A stretch of DNA of 64,000 nt from Dehalococcoidia bacterium (lineage in GTDB: Bacteria > Chloroflexota > Dehalococcoidia > Lucifugimonadales > UBA1123): assembly GCA_965261525.1 (NCBI GenBank), contig OZ253472.1, forward strand, positions 3,596,488-3,660,487, in the 5' to 3' direction. Under the pieces are notes generated by a model, which saw only the letters and a list, made by a program, of their open reading frames with translations, was not told where the DNA came from and did not search any database. This document shows, piece by piece, positions 1 to 8,605 of the stretch. The position numbers and the translations under genes are program-made. How positions within the stretch are numbered: the stretch's first letter is position 1; every line of letters begins with the position of its first letter.

Positions 1-1532
1 GGCCGGCATGGTCGCTTGTGTCCGAGACGGAATGGGGCAGATTATGGATTTTGCGCGTGGCGTTTGCCGCGGCAACGGGAGTCGTTCTGTTCGTCATGCG
101 CGGGCGTGTCGGAAATGCCGCGCTTACCTTGTTTGCAATCGCTCTCGGCGCGGGGGCGCTTCTCGCCATCAGTAGATCGAGTCACGCGGCTGCGCTCGTC
201 GAGATTGGCGACATATCGCTGCTGAACGACTTCATACATATGCTGGCGGCAGCCGTATGGGTGGGCGGACTGTTCAGCTTGGCCCTGGACATTCCGGCGG
301 CTATGCGTCTTCTCGACGAAGGCGACAGACGCAAGGTACTTTCCGCGCTGATACCGAGGTTCTCTGTGGTCGCGGGGATGTCCGTCGCGGCGCTCGCGCT
401 GACTGGGATCTACAGCGCATGGACACAGGTCACCGTCCCCGAAGCCCTGTCCACTCCATATGGAAATACGCTCATCATCAAGATTGGGCTCGTCGGGGCG
501 GTGCTGCTGATAGCCGCCGTCAACCTGATATGGGTAAGGCCCCGTTTGGCAGGCGACAGCCGGGCGGCGCGCTGGCTGAGACGACTGGTCACAGCCGAGG
601 TGATCGTCGCTGTTGTAACGTTGTTGTCCGTCGGCTTCCTCACGTCGCTCGAACCCGCCCGTCAGACTGCCTCGAGAGAAGGTATCGGAGTAGAAGACAG
701 CCTGGTATTTCAAGATACTGCCGAGGGCGCGGACATGATCCTTGAAATCACGCCGGGACGGGTAGGTCTGAATACGATAAAGGTCACGCTCAGAGACGGA
801 TTCGGCAGTCCGATAACCAACGCGACCGACGTCCGTGCGCGTCTGTCATATCTCGACGCGGACCTGGGCGAGACGGCGGTGTCCGCAACACCCCTCGGAG
901 ATGGCGAATTCACGCTGGCCGACCAGATCATCGGGATAGCCGGGGCGTGGGAGGTCGCGCTCGTTGTGCAGCGTCCCGACGCCTTCGACGCGCGAACAGC
1001 CTTCAGGTTCGAGGCATCCGGCGGAGGCGGCGCTTCGGCTATCGCTCCGTCGCGGGACACCGCGTATATTCTGCTGGGAGGGATATTCGGCGCGCTGGGA
1101 TTGATGTTCCTGGTATCTGCGTTGCGGCTAGGAGGATTCCAGACTCGCGCGGGAGCGACTGCGATGACCCTGGGGGTTCTGGGCGTGATTGGAGCGACTG
1201 CGCTGCTTGCGGGCGCATTGGGTTCAGAAGACGGCATTCCGGAGCGAAATCCCATTCCTCCGACATCTGAATCGGTGGCGGCTGGGCTGTCTCTGTACAC
1301 GACTCACTGTCACCAGTGTCACGGGACAGGAGGACTGGGCGATGGTCCCGCGTCCGCAGGCCTGAATCCCCCGCCAGCCGACCTGATAGTTCACGTTCCC
1401 CTTCACCCCGACCACGCTTTGTACGGCTTCATTTATGACGGGATACAGGGCGCGGCGATGCCTGCTTTGGGCGAAACCTTGTCCGACGACGAGGTATGGC
1501 ACATAGTCAACTATATTCGGACGCTGGAGTGA
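1..1532 (+). CDS. CopD-family copper-resistance membrane protein fused to a C-terminal c-type cytochrome domain (5' end probably outside window)
   Basis: ORF 18..1532 stays open back to base 3. It has many hydrophobic helices as in CopD/YcnJ-type proteins, a soluble beta-rich middle segment (ILEITPGRVGLNTIKVTLRD...), and a C-terminal CHQCH haem-binding motif. Confidence 0.65.
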   Translation, partial: PAWSLVSETEWGRLWILRVAFAAATGVVLFVMRGRVGNAALTLFAIALGAGALLAISRSSHAAALVEIGDISLLNDFIHMLAAAVWVGGLFSLALDIPAAMRLLDEGDRRKVLSALIPRFSVVAGMSVAALALTGIYSAWTQVTVPEALSTPYGNTLIIKIGLVGAVLLIAAVNLIWVRPRLAGDSRAARWLRRLVTAEVIVAVVTLLSVGFLTSLEPARQTASREGIGVEDSLVFQDTAEGADMILEITPGRVGLNTIKVTLRDGFGSPITNATDVRARLSYLDADLGETAVSATPLGDGEFTLADQIIGIAGAWEVALVVQRPDAFDARTAFRFEASGGGGASAIAPSRDTAYILLGGIFGALGLMFLVSALRLGGFQTRAGATAMTLGVLGVIGATALLAGALGSEDGIPERNPIPPTSESVAAGLSLYTTHCHQCHGTGGLGDGPASAGLNPPPADLIVHVPLHPDHALYGFIYDGIQGAAMPALGETLSDDEVWHIVNYIRTLE

Positions 1533-1608
1533 ACTGGATTAGCTGGAATCCGACATCCTATGCGCTTGGGGACAATGATTCCCCGTCGGCGGATTAGATG
1601 GGCAGCCG

Positions 1609-2322
1609 CTACTCCAAGTCTTCGAGTTCTTTGATGCGTTGCCGAAGTCTGAGGAGTTCGGATTCCGCGCTTTCTGCGCGCCTTTCGGCATTCTCGGCGC
1701 GTTCAACCTCGTCCGCGTGAGTGCGGATGTAACTCTGGGTTCTGGGATCGTACCATCGCAACTCACCGTCTTCCCAGCAGACGTAAAGCCCCAGGAATGC
1801 ACTGAAACCCCGGCAACGTCGCTGATCCAGCCACTCTATCTCGATGGGTTGATAGGAACCGTCAACCAGGCGGTCTCCGGCCAGGGGAGCGTCGTAGTAG
1901 TTTCCGCCGGACGGGTCGAATCGCCAGTATTCGGATACCCCATAGGCTTCGTAGTCGCGCCGCTTGTGAGTGTAGTCGTTTCGCCCAGTCGTCACGGATG
2001 CGACTTCCAATACAAAGTCGGGCGGCTTGTTTTGTCTCTCGATTGCGTAACCGCGCTGTTCGATGATCTCCGCGCGGTTAACGTTGTCGGCTATCAAGAG
2101 GTCAGGCCTTCGAACGCCTGTCGTCTGTCCGGGCGTCCATGCTAGGGGAACCTCTGCCAGGACAATAGTGGTGTCAGGGGCGCCGAGGAATAATTCAAGC
2201 GCATAGATGCAAGAAGGTCGGTACAGATAGAGTGGATTCTGCATATCGTCGCGTGGAGGGAACTCGGGAAATAGTTCGAGTCCTGTGTCCGTCTTGTTGA
2301 GGGTAATTGTCTTACTGGTCAT
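1609..2322 (-). CDS. Uma2-family (DUF820) PD-(D/E)xK endonuclease with C-terminal coiled-coil tail
   Basis: MTSKTITL... start at 2322. Family-typical PDLLIA...PDFVLEVAS...DYEAYGVSEYWRFDP signature. Paralog of 41279..42010. Confidence 0.75.
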   Translation of the reverse strand: MTSKTITLNKTDTGLELFPEFPPRDDMQNPLYLYRPSCIYALELFLGAPDTTIVLAEVPLAWTPGQTTGVRRPDLLIADNVNRAEIIEQRGYAIERQNKPPDFVLEVASVTTGRNDYTHKRRDYEAYGVSEYWRFDPSGGNYYDAPLAGDRLVDGSYQPIEIEWLDQRRCRGFSAFLGLYVCWEDGELRWYDPRTQSYIRTHADEVERAENAERRAESAESELLRLRQRIKELEDLE

Positions 2323-2535
2323 CACGCGCCTCTCAAGGCTGGGTGAACTTGGACTTGTCGTTCTGTGACAATATACCATTTCCAGACATCGGTTGTTAGC
2401 ATTTATTTGTTATCAAGGCGATTCTAATTGGTCATCTTGACTACCCCCGCCGCCTAGCAGTGAACTCCGGAGCGCGAACTTGACAATGCCGTTACCGGTT
2501 GCGAATAATCTCAGAAACTCAGGGACAGGATTCCA

Positions 2536-3360
2536 ATGCAGATAACTTCTCACGTTTACAATATGCACATTGACGATGGCGCGATCTCGCATCCGGGAGG
2601 CTCCAACAACTACTTTGTCGGCGACCCGAACGGCGAGATGGTACTCATTGACACCGGTGACCACTGGCGAGAGTGGACGCAGGCGATACTCGACTACTAC
2701 GACGAGCTAGGGCGTCCCAACATCAGCGCCATCCTTATAACGCATGGCCACGTTGACCACATCGGCGGCCTGGATCGCGTGCATGAGGCGATGGGCGCGC
2801 CCGTCCGATGTCATCCCGAACTCGCCGAGAAGTTGAGCAAGATTCTTGGCGGCGATGAAGCGGTCATCCCACTGGAGTCCGACGAGATTGCGCGAGTGGC
2901 CGGAGTTACGCTGCGGGCTCTGTTCACGCCGGGGCACGAGGTTGACCACGTATGCTACTACCTGGCCGAGGACGGTGTTATGTTCACGGGCGACACCGTT
3001 CTGGGCGCGTCCTCCACATCGGTGGGAGACCTGTCCGCTTACATGAAGTCGCTGGAACTTCTGATGAGTTTTGAACACTCGACGGTATGTCCCGCGCACG
3101 GCCCCGTAGTCCCGCCGCCAAAGGGGGCGGGTCTCGTCCGATGGCAGTACGATCATCGCGCTGGCCGCGAACAGCAGGTTCTGGACGCCCTGCGCGAAGG
3201 ACACGCTACGGCTGAGGACATTACGACCGCCATATACCCGCGCGACCTGAAAGAGGGTCTGCGTCGCTCTGCCCAGCGCAACGTCACCACCCATCTGACG
3301 AAGCTCAACAAGGAAGGCGTCGTCGAGGAGATCCCCGCGAGTTTCAAGCTGTCTGAGTGA
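2536..3360 (+). CDS. MBL-fold metallo-hydrolase
   Basis: THGHVDHIGG (HxHxDH) motif, later GH and H ligands, and a C-terminal winged-helix-like tail. Confidence 0.85.
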   Translation: MQITSHVYNMHIDDGAISHPGGSNNYFVGDPNGEMVLIDTGDHWREWTQAILDYYDELGRPNISAILITHGHVDHIGGLDRVHEAMGAPVRCHPELAEKLSKILGGDEAVIPLESDEIARVAGVTLRALFTPGHEVDHVCYYLAEDGVMFTGDTVLGASSTSVGDLSAYMKSLELLMSFEHSTVCPAHGPVVPPPKGAGLVRWQYDHRAGREQQVLDALREGHATAEDITTAIYPRDLKEGLRRSAQRNVTTHLTKLNKEGVVEEIPASFKLSE

Positions 3361-3385
3361 GCGCGAGGCGAGGAGCCTGACCTCT

Positions 3386-3699
3386 TTAGCCTTGGTCCCG
3401 GTGGCGGGGAATGCCGATCAGGAGCGCGATGGGGCCGGCGAGGAGCAGCCGGATCGCCGCGCCCAAGCCCCAGGTTCGGGCCGCCAGCCCGATGCCCAGG
3501 GGAACCAGACCGCTCACCAGGGAGGATACGTCGTTGACTGCCATCACCGTTCCGCTCTGAGCGAGAGGTCGTCGCGGATGAGGGGCCACGCCGCCGCCAT
3601 CGCTCCGAAGAATTCGTCTATAAACTCGATAATCAGAAGGGCGAGGACAAGCGCGCCGCCACCGGCAAACAGGTTTCTGAATCGCGTGATGCGTCTCAT
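3386..3699 (-). pseudogene. MFS transporter remnant (N-terminus and last helix only)
   Basis: The ATG at 3699 opens MRRITRFRNLFAGGGALVLALLIIEFIDEFFGAMAAAWPLIRDDLSLS and then stops. Another frame ends ...GLVPLGIGLAARTWGLGAAIRLLLAGPIALLIG. Only ~100 codons are left, so the middle of the gene is missing. Confidence 0.4.
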
Positions 3700-3831
3700 C
3701 CGGGGGTGGGAGCCTGAGATGCGGTGACTGCCGCTGCCAAACCCTGCGTTCGCGGGAGAGTATCACGGGAAAGGGGGTGACTCGCGCACGATGGATGGCA
3801 ATAGATTTGCGCCGTGGCCGTGGGATGTGGA

Positions 3832-3908
3832 TGGTGGGCGGTACTGGATTTGAACCGGTGACCTCTGCGATGTCAACGCAGCGCTCTAAACCACTGAGCT
3901 AACCGCCC
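3832..3908 (-). tRNA. tRNA-Val (anticodon GAC), CCA encoded
   Basis: The reverse complement GGGCGGTTAGCTCAGTGG...CTGCG-TTGACAT-CGCAG...TTCAAAT...ACCGCCCACCA folds as a cloverleaf with one T-stem mismatch. Confidence 0.85.
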
Positions 3909-3974
3909 GGGGAACTCCGTCAGGGTTAAAGTCTAGCAAGGACTTGATATATGGTCAAGATAGTATTGGCAGCC

Positions 3975-4080
3975 GATGCTGTATCAGTTTGGTGGGTGGC
4001 AGTAATCACCCTCACCCCAGCCCTCTCCCTCAAGGGAGAGGGGGTCTGTTGATTGAAATTCATAGCTGACAGGGGTAGGT
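3975..4080 (+). repeat. Interspersed repeat family A1 (core CCCTCACCCCAGCCCTCTCCCTCAAGGGAGAGGGGGTCTGTTGATTGAAATTCATAG)
   Basis: The same core recurs at 4170..4320 and, reverse-complemented, at 7850..8030 and 18215..18326. It contains the palindrome CTCTCCCTCAAGGGAGAG. Confidence 0.8.
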
Positions 4081-4169
4081 GTTTTTATGTCAAGTTAATG
4101 GGCATCAAGCCAAAGGTGGTTCGGTCTATGGTTCATAAAGCTGAAAACTCGACTTTAGCGCGCTCTCAG

Positions 4170-4320
4170 CCACCCTCACCCCAGCCCTCTCCCTCAAGGG
4201 AGAGGGGGTCTGTTGATTGAAATTCATAGCTGACTGGACATTTACCTACCCCTATCAGCCCTCAAGGGAGAGGGGATTTTCGCGCCGCAAGGAACGCCGA
4301 CTGACGCTGTATCAGTGAAA
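4170..4320 (+). repeat. Repeat family A1, long copy
   Basis: Collinear with the reverse complement of 7850..8030, including ...GGGGATTTTCGCGCCGCAAGGAACGCCGACTGA. Confidence 0.8.
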
Positions 4321-4412
4321 CCGACCACCGACCAAATTGGTACAGGCCCTTGGCAGCTGTCCAGGATGATTGCAAAGTCGGCGTTATCGTGGTTCCGTCA
4401 GCGGCGCGGCTC

Positions 4413-4463
4413 TGGATTGCCGAGCGGCGAGCCCTTCGGGGTTCCCGCTTTTGCGGGAGTGAC
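4413..4463 (-). repeat. REP-like hairpin element (GTCAYTCCCGC-N4-GCGGGAAC + CCYGAAGGGCTCGCCGCTCGGCAATCCA)
   Basis: Reverse complement of the elements at 10134..10184 and 18072..18122. Hairpin-only copies lie at 32922..32944 and 50002..50024. Confidence 0.8.
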
Positions 4464-4527
4464 AGACCTGAACCCCTGAAGGCTGAAATCGTAACTTTGC
4501 AATCGTCCTGGCTGTGACCCACCGAGG

Positions 4528-4879
4528 CAGGGCAATCGCATCTAAATTTCAGCAGGCAGGACTGTTTTATATATTTCGGTTTATATCGCTCAGGTCGTCC
4601 AACAGGTGAGTACAGGTGGCTCAACTGGTGACCTAACAGGTGGACGCTGAACCTGCATCCACCTGCATTTCACCTGCATTAGCTTTGAAGGAATTTCCCC
4701 AAGCGCCCGGAATTTCCATCATATAACTTTGTATTTATGGTTTTCAGGGTTCAGTTGTAGATTTCGGGCGGCGGGTGTCCGGTCGAGTGTTTCATGATAA
4801 TGGCGAGTCATGGGGATATTGTAGTCAAATCAGCACAAACGTACAAGGACATCGCGCATATTTAGATGCAATCTCCCTG
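4528..4879 (+). mobile_element. 352-bp MITE (family C), copy 1
   Basis: 20-bp terminal inverted repeats CAGGGCAATCGCATCTAAAT / ATTTAGATGCAATCTCCCTG. Flanking 10-bp direct repeats are CCCACCGAGG (4518..4527) and CCCACCGGGG (4880..4889). Near-identical to 33521..33872 in the opposite orientation. No credible ORF. Confidence 0.85.
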
Positions 4880-5052
4880 CCCACCGGGGCCGTGAGTGTG
4901 AAGGGCGCGTCTTTTATACTGGATGTATAGAATTCAGTTCTGCAGTCGCCATACCTTGATGGAGCTTCATGTTCATGTGGGATCCCAGAGCGGAATTGAC
5001 ATTCGAGGGCATTTCCATGAGTTACTCTCGAGTATTGGACGAATGTACTAAG

Positions 5053-5140
5053 TAACTGACCTTACGCAGTTGAGAGCGATTTCGTAGCTGCGTTGGCTAA
5101 TTCTTATATAAGAATTCATAGCTGAGTGCGTAACATCAGT
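5053..5140 (+). repeat. Repeat family B (88 bp, hairpin-forming)
   Basis: Identical except one base to 45753..45840. It contains the perfect palindrome AATTCTTATATAAGAATT and an outer imperfect inverted repeat TTACGCAGT...AGTGCGTAA. Diverged copies lie at 18392..18478 and within 49905..50090. Confidence 0.85.
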
Positions 5141-5162
5141 AAGTAACTATCTCAAAACCCGA

Positions 5163-6888
5163 CCTTAAGCCCGAATCCACCGAAGAGGGTTAGTATCGCC
5201 GCCGGGGCGTGGGTGAGGGACGTGTCAAAGTGGCGGTGCGGTTATGATGTCAGCGCCTGGGTCGTTCTGAAGGTCCGCGGTCGTGATTTTGGACGCCAAT
5301 GGAGGCCCACAGTGGCGATTTGGGGCGAGTTTGACGAATCTGCGGGCAACAGTGGACACCCGCGGTCCGGTCCGGAGCGATCTTACGGACAAGACAGGCT
5401 GTGGTGTGTACGGTGGTCAGTAGTAGACACTGCCGTCAGGCCGGCAGAGGAATGGCTCGCAGTCTGGTCAGTGCGCGACCGAACTGTGTTTCCCAGGGCC
5501 AGCGCTGCGGGAGATGCAAAGTAAGGCGGCGGGCCGAGTGGGTGAGCCGTCCGGCGAGGGAGAACAAGCGTCTGCGCAGGGTCTTGGTGGTCGCCACCGG
5601 CTCGCGCAGACCGATGCGTCCGATCCAGCGAGCCAGGTTGTGAGCCATTACCTGTATGGCCATCCAGGCGGCGTTGGCTGCAAAGCGCCCCGAGGGCAGA
5701 TGGTTCAGCCCGACACCGTACTTGAGGTCTCGGATGGCGTTCTCGATCTCGGCGTGGCGGCGATGGTCGGCCTCCAGTTGGAGGGTGTCGCCCTGTCGGT
5801 CGGTGATGAAGGCGTGATAGCTGTAGTCGACGAAGAGGGCCAGTTGTGAACCGGGCGTGGGCTTCACCCTGCGGACGATGAGACGCACCGGTGCGGCATC
5901 GGGCTCGTTCCGAAAAGGGGTGTAGGTGGTCTCAGCCACGTCGGCTGCGCCGTCCATCCAGTAGGGTATGGGAGTCCAGTCCTCCTCAGGTATGGCCTCT
6001 ATGAGATTGCGCAGTCGGGTGTGCTGACGGACGGTGATGGAGAAGCGGACACCTGTCTTTCGGCATACGGAGACGATGTCATGGGTGTAGAAGCCACTGT
6101 CGGCGCGTACGGTGAGTTGTCCTGTGGCCCCGGCGCAGCGCACCCGGCTCACCGTCTCACGCAGGAAGTGGGCTGCGCCCCGGGCGGTGTTGGCTCGACC
6201 CTGTCGCAACCGGGCCATCAGCACGTCGCCGGTTCCTGCGGCGACGGCCACAAGCGGGTGATAGCCTCTCTGGCCGGTGTAGTTGTGGCGGCGGGCGCCC
6301 TCCTTGCCCAGTCCGTAGGTCTCGCAGATGGTGGAGTCCAGGTCGATGGTCAACGGCTCATCGCCGGGACCCGCGCCAGCGGCCCAGGCCCGCGCCAGCA
6401 ACTCCCGGCTCACCCGGTCCAACTGCCGCACATGTCCCCACCTGAAGCTGCGCAGGAAGGTCCCCAGGGTGGATGGCGCCTTCACTGTACAGCCCAACAC
6501 CCGCCCGGTCCCACCGGCACGCAGCGCGTCGGCGTCATCGATGCAGTCCCCACCGGCCAGCGCCGAGGCAACCAGGGTCAGCGTCTTGTCTCCCGGGTTC
6601 GCCCGTCCCGGCGCATCGCCCAGGTCAACGTTGCTGTCCACCAGTTCACTCAGTCCCAGGCGCTGAGCGAGAGTGGCCGGCACGAGCAGCCCGGCATTGG
6701 CCACCAGCCGGGGATCGTCGAAGGCGATTCGGATGCGGTCGGGACGCTCAGGTGGTAACATCTATTAAGTGCTCCTGCTCTGGGGTTGGTTCTTGTCTTC
6801 AAACCCATTATCCCAGATTCAATGGAGCGCTTTCTCACCCCTTTTGCACGACGACTCATCCATCCCTTCGGTGGATCCGGGCTTAGGT
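5163..6888 (-). mobile_element. IS1380-family insertion sequence
   Basis: Inverted ends AAGCCCGAATCCACCGAAGAGGG (5167..) and CCCTTCGGTGGATCCGGGCTT (..6884) bracket a single transposase gene. It looks visibly more GC-rich than its surroundings. The exact ends and target duplication (TTAA/TTAG?) are ambiguous. Confidence 0.75.
5436..6761 (-). CDS. IS1380-family DDE transposase
   Basis: 441 aa with family-typical blocks: DLDSTICETYG, RADSGFY, HAEIENAIRDLKYGVGLNHLPSGRFAANAAW. Confidence 0.85.
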   Translation of the reverse strand: MLPPERPDRIRIAFDDPRLVANAGLLVPATLAQRLGLSELVDSNVDLGDAPGRANPGDKTLTLVASALAGGDCIDDADALRAGGTGRVLGCTVKAPSTLGTFLRSFRWGHVRQLDRVSRELLARAWAAGAGPGDEPLTIDLDSTICETYGLGKEGARRHNYTGQRGYHPLVAVAAGTGDVLMARLRQGRANTARGAAHFLRETVSRVRCAGATGQLTVRADSGFYTHDIVSVCRKTGVRFSITVRQHTRLRNLIEAIPEEDWTPIPYWMDGAADVAETTYTPFRNEPDAAPVRLIVRRVKPTPGSQLALFVDYSYHAFITDRQGDTLQLEADHRRHAEIENAIRDLKYGVGLNHLPSGRFAANAAWMAIQVMAHNLARWIGRIGLREPVATTKTLRRRLFSLAGRLTHSARRLTLHLPQRWPWETQFGRALTRLRAIPLPA

Positions 6889-6935
6889 GTCGCTATACAT
6901 CGTAAATGGGCGTGAGTGATTGAGTTCCCACTTTG

Positions 6936-7587
6936 TCACGCCAACTTGCTGAAGTCGAAGCGGCCCCAGAAATTGTGTCTGACCTCGTTTCCCATCTGGG
7001 TTAGCGTGCGCCATGGGAATTCGGCGGCCTGCTCGTCTTCGGGCAAGTGTTTGAATCCGGGGTCCCACAGCGCGTCCACGTAGAAGGTGAAGAAGTGACG
7101 GCCTAAGAATCGGGGCAGGCGGCGCATCCAGACAGGATCGAGCGCGTTCATCTGACGGCTCGTAACTCTTCGTGAGAGCGTGCATCCTGCCTACCAGCGC
7201 GCGCCACTGTTCGAATAGTTCAGGTGTCCAATCTCGCCAGTCCACCGGCGCGCCCGGAACCTTTTCGTATGCTGTGGCTAGGAAGTATCCGGAATCGGCT
7301 TCCAGCGTCTCGACCAATTTGCCGTCTAAAGACGGAATGGCGCGCGATACGTTCATGCTGTTGTCCGCCAGATAGTTGGTGAAGTCGAGTTCTCCCAGTA
7401 TCTGCTGGACTTGTCAGTGGGAACTGTGGGTTATCTTCAGGATGACCGGAGACCCGTCCATAGGGTAGTCGAAGACGTAGCTGTGGCTGCCGTCCAGTGG
7501 AAGCGACCCGGATCGTTTCAAACCGAATCTGCGTTCGGCCTCGGAGCGAATGTCGTCGCGGTAGAGGGGCCCGAATTCTTTCAGCAT
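6936..7587 (-). pseudogene. Phosphotransferase (APH/choline-kinase-like) family pseudogene
   Basis: The ATG at 7587 gives MLKEFGPLYRDDIRSEAERRFGL...VILKITHSSH, then an in-frame TGA. It continues QVQQILGELDFTNYLADNSMNVSRAIPS...WRALVGRMHALTKSYEPSDE, then needs a frame change to reach the C-terminal ORF 6936..7151. The catalytic HGD region is absent. Confidence 0.5.
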
Positions 7588-7685
7588 GGGTTATCGACAG
7601 GATACAACATAAACGAAAGCGAAAACTGAAAGGAAAGCCAGCTATCCCGTGTTCCGAAATGCTAGCTGCAATAGGGAGAAAGAAC

Positions 7686-7762
7686 TGGCTCCGCAGGTAG
7701 GACTCGAACCTACGACCAATCGGTTAACAGCCGACCGCTCTACCACTGAGCTACTGCGGAGC
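7686..7762 (-). tRNA. tRNA-Asn (anticodon GTT), CCA encoded
   Basis: The reverse complement GCTCCGCAGTAGCTCAGTGGTAGAGC...CTGTTAA...GTAGGTTCGAGTCCTACCTGCGGAGCCA forms a clean cloverleaf. Confidence 0.9.
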
Positions 7763-7849
7763 GTTGAAGTGGGATAATCGGACATTACGACCATCTGTCA
7801 TATGATAGCATTGGCTGATTCGGGGCTTCAAGCCAATTGTCCCAGTAGA

Positions 7850-8030
7850 ACCTGTATCAACTCAGTCGGCGTTCCTTGCGGCGCGAAAATCCCCTCCCCT
7901 CGACGGGCTGAGAAGGGTATGTAAATGTGCAGCCATCTAAGAATTTCAATCAACAGACCCCCTCTCCCTTGGGGGAGAGGGCTGGGGTGAGGGGGACTAC
8001 TGCCACCGACCAAACTGATACAGCATCGTC
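7850..8030 (-). repeat. Repeat family A1, reverse-complement long copy
   Basis: Collinear with 3975..4080 plus 4170..4320 in reverse complement. Confidence 0.8.
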
Positions 8031-8089
8031 CCAGTATATGGGATGTCTGAGAAGGTGTTGAATGGCCTAGTCCGCGAACCTGTGATAAA

Positions 8090-8581
8090 TTGTTGCCGCA
8101 ACACGCTTTCGACCACAGAATAGGGAAGGATTCAGCGATTTTGAGAGTTCAGGGCTCTTATACTTTCGATACCGATATTCAAACCGTTTGGAATTCTATG
8201 CAGTCGCCTGAAGTTCTTTCAGGATGTATTCCGGGCTGCGAGAGTTTTGAGCCTGCGGGCGAGAACAGATACATCGTCCAGGTGCAGGTTAGGGTCTCGG
8301 CTATAACCGGCTCCTACAAGGGGGAAGTCAGGATCGAGAACAGCGAGCGCCTGAACTCATACACTATGATCGTGGAGGGAAGCGGCAGGGGAGGCACGGT
8401 GAAGGGGACCGGTGACCTCAACTTCTCGGAGTCAGGCGGTCGCACAACCATTGATATTCAAGGTGACGTCCTGGTTACAGGCATCGTCGCGCGGGTAGGG
8501 CAGCGACTGCTCGGCGGCGCGTCTCGAATGATGATGAACCAGTTCTTCGACTGCCTCAAGACGAAAATCGAGTCCCAGTAA
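8090..8581 (+). CDS. CoxG/SRPBCC-family protein
   Basis: ...VWNSMQSPEVLSGCIPGCESFEP...SYKGEVRIEN...GIVARVGQRLLGGASRMMMNQFFDCL matches the CoxG pattern. The start codon is uncertain. Confidence 0.7.
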   Translation: MLPQHAFDHRIGKDSAILRVQGSYTFDTDIQTVWNSMQSPEVLSGCIPGCESFEPAGENRYIVQVQVRVSAITGSYKGEVRIENSERLNSYTMIVEGSGRGGTVKGTGDLNFSESGGRTTIDIQGDVLVTGIVARVGQRLLGGASRMMMNQFFDCLKTKIESQ

Positions 8582-8605
8582 ACGTATCCGCAGAGGTCTT
8601 CAAAT

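Noticed and set aside
4600-4680. Phased ...ATCCACCTG... words considered as DnaA boxes or an origin of replication.
   Set aside because: The words do not match TTATCCACA. The same architecture occurs at five loci in 64 kb. There is no dnaA/dnaN context or AT-rich unwinding element beside them.
5213-6886. Several plus-strand ORFs (80-245 aa) within the IS1380 element.
   Set aside because: They are antisense to the 441-aa transposase gene in very GC-rich DNA and show no motifs.
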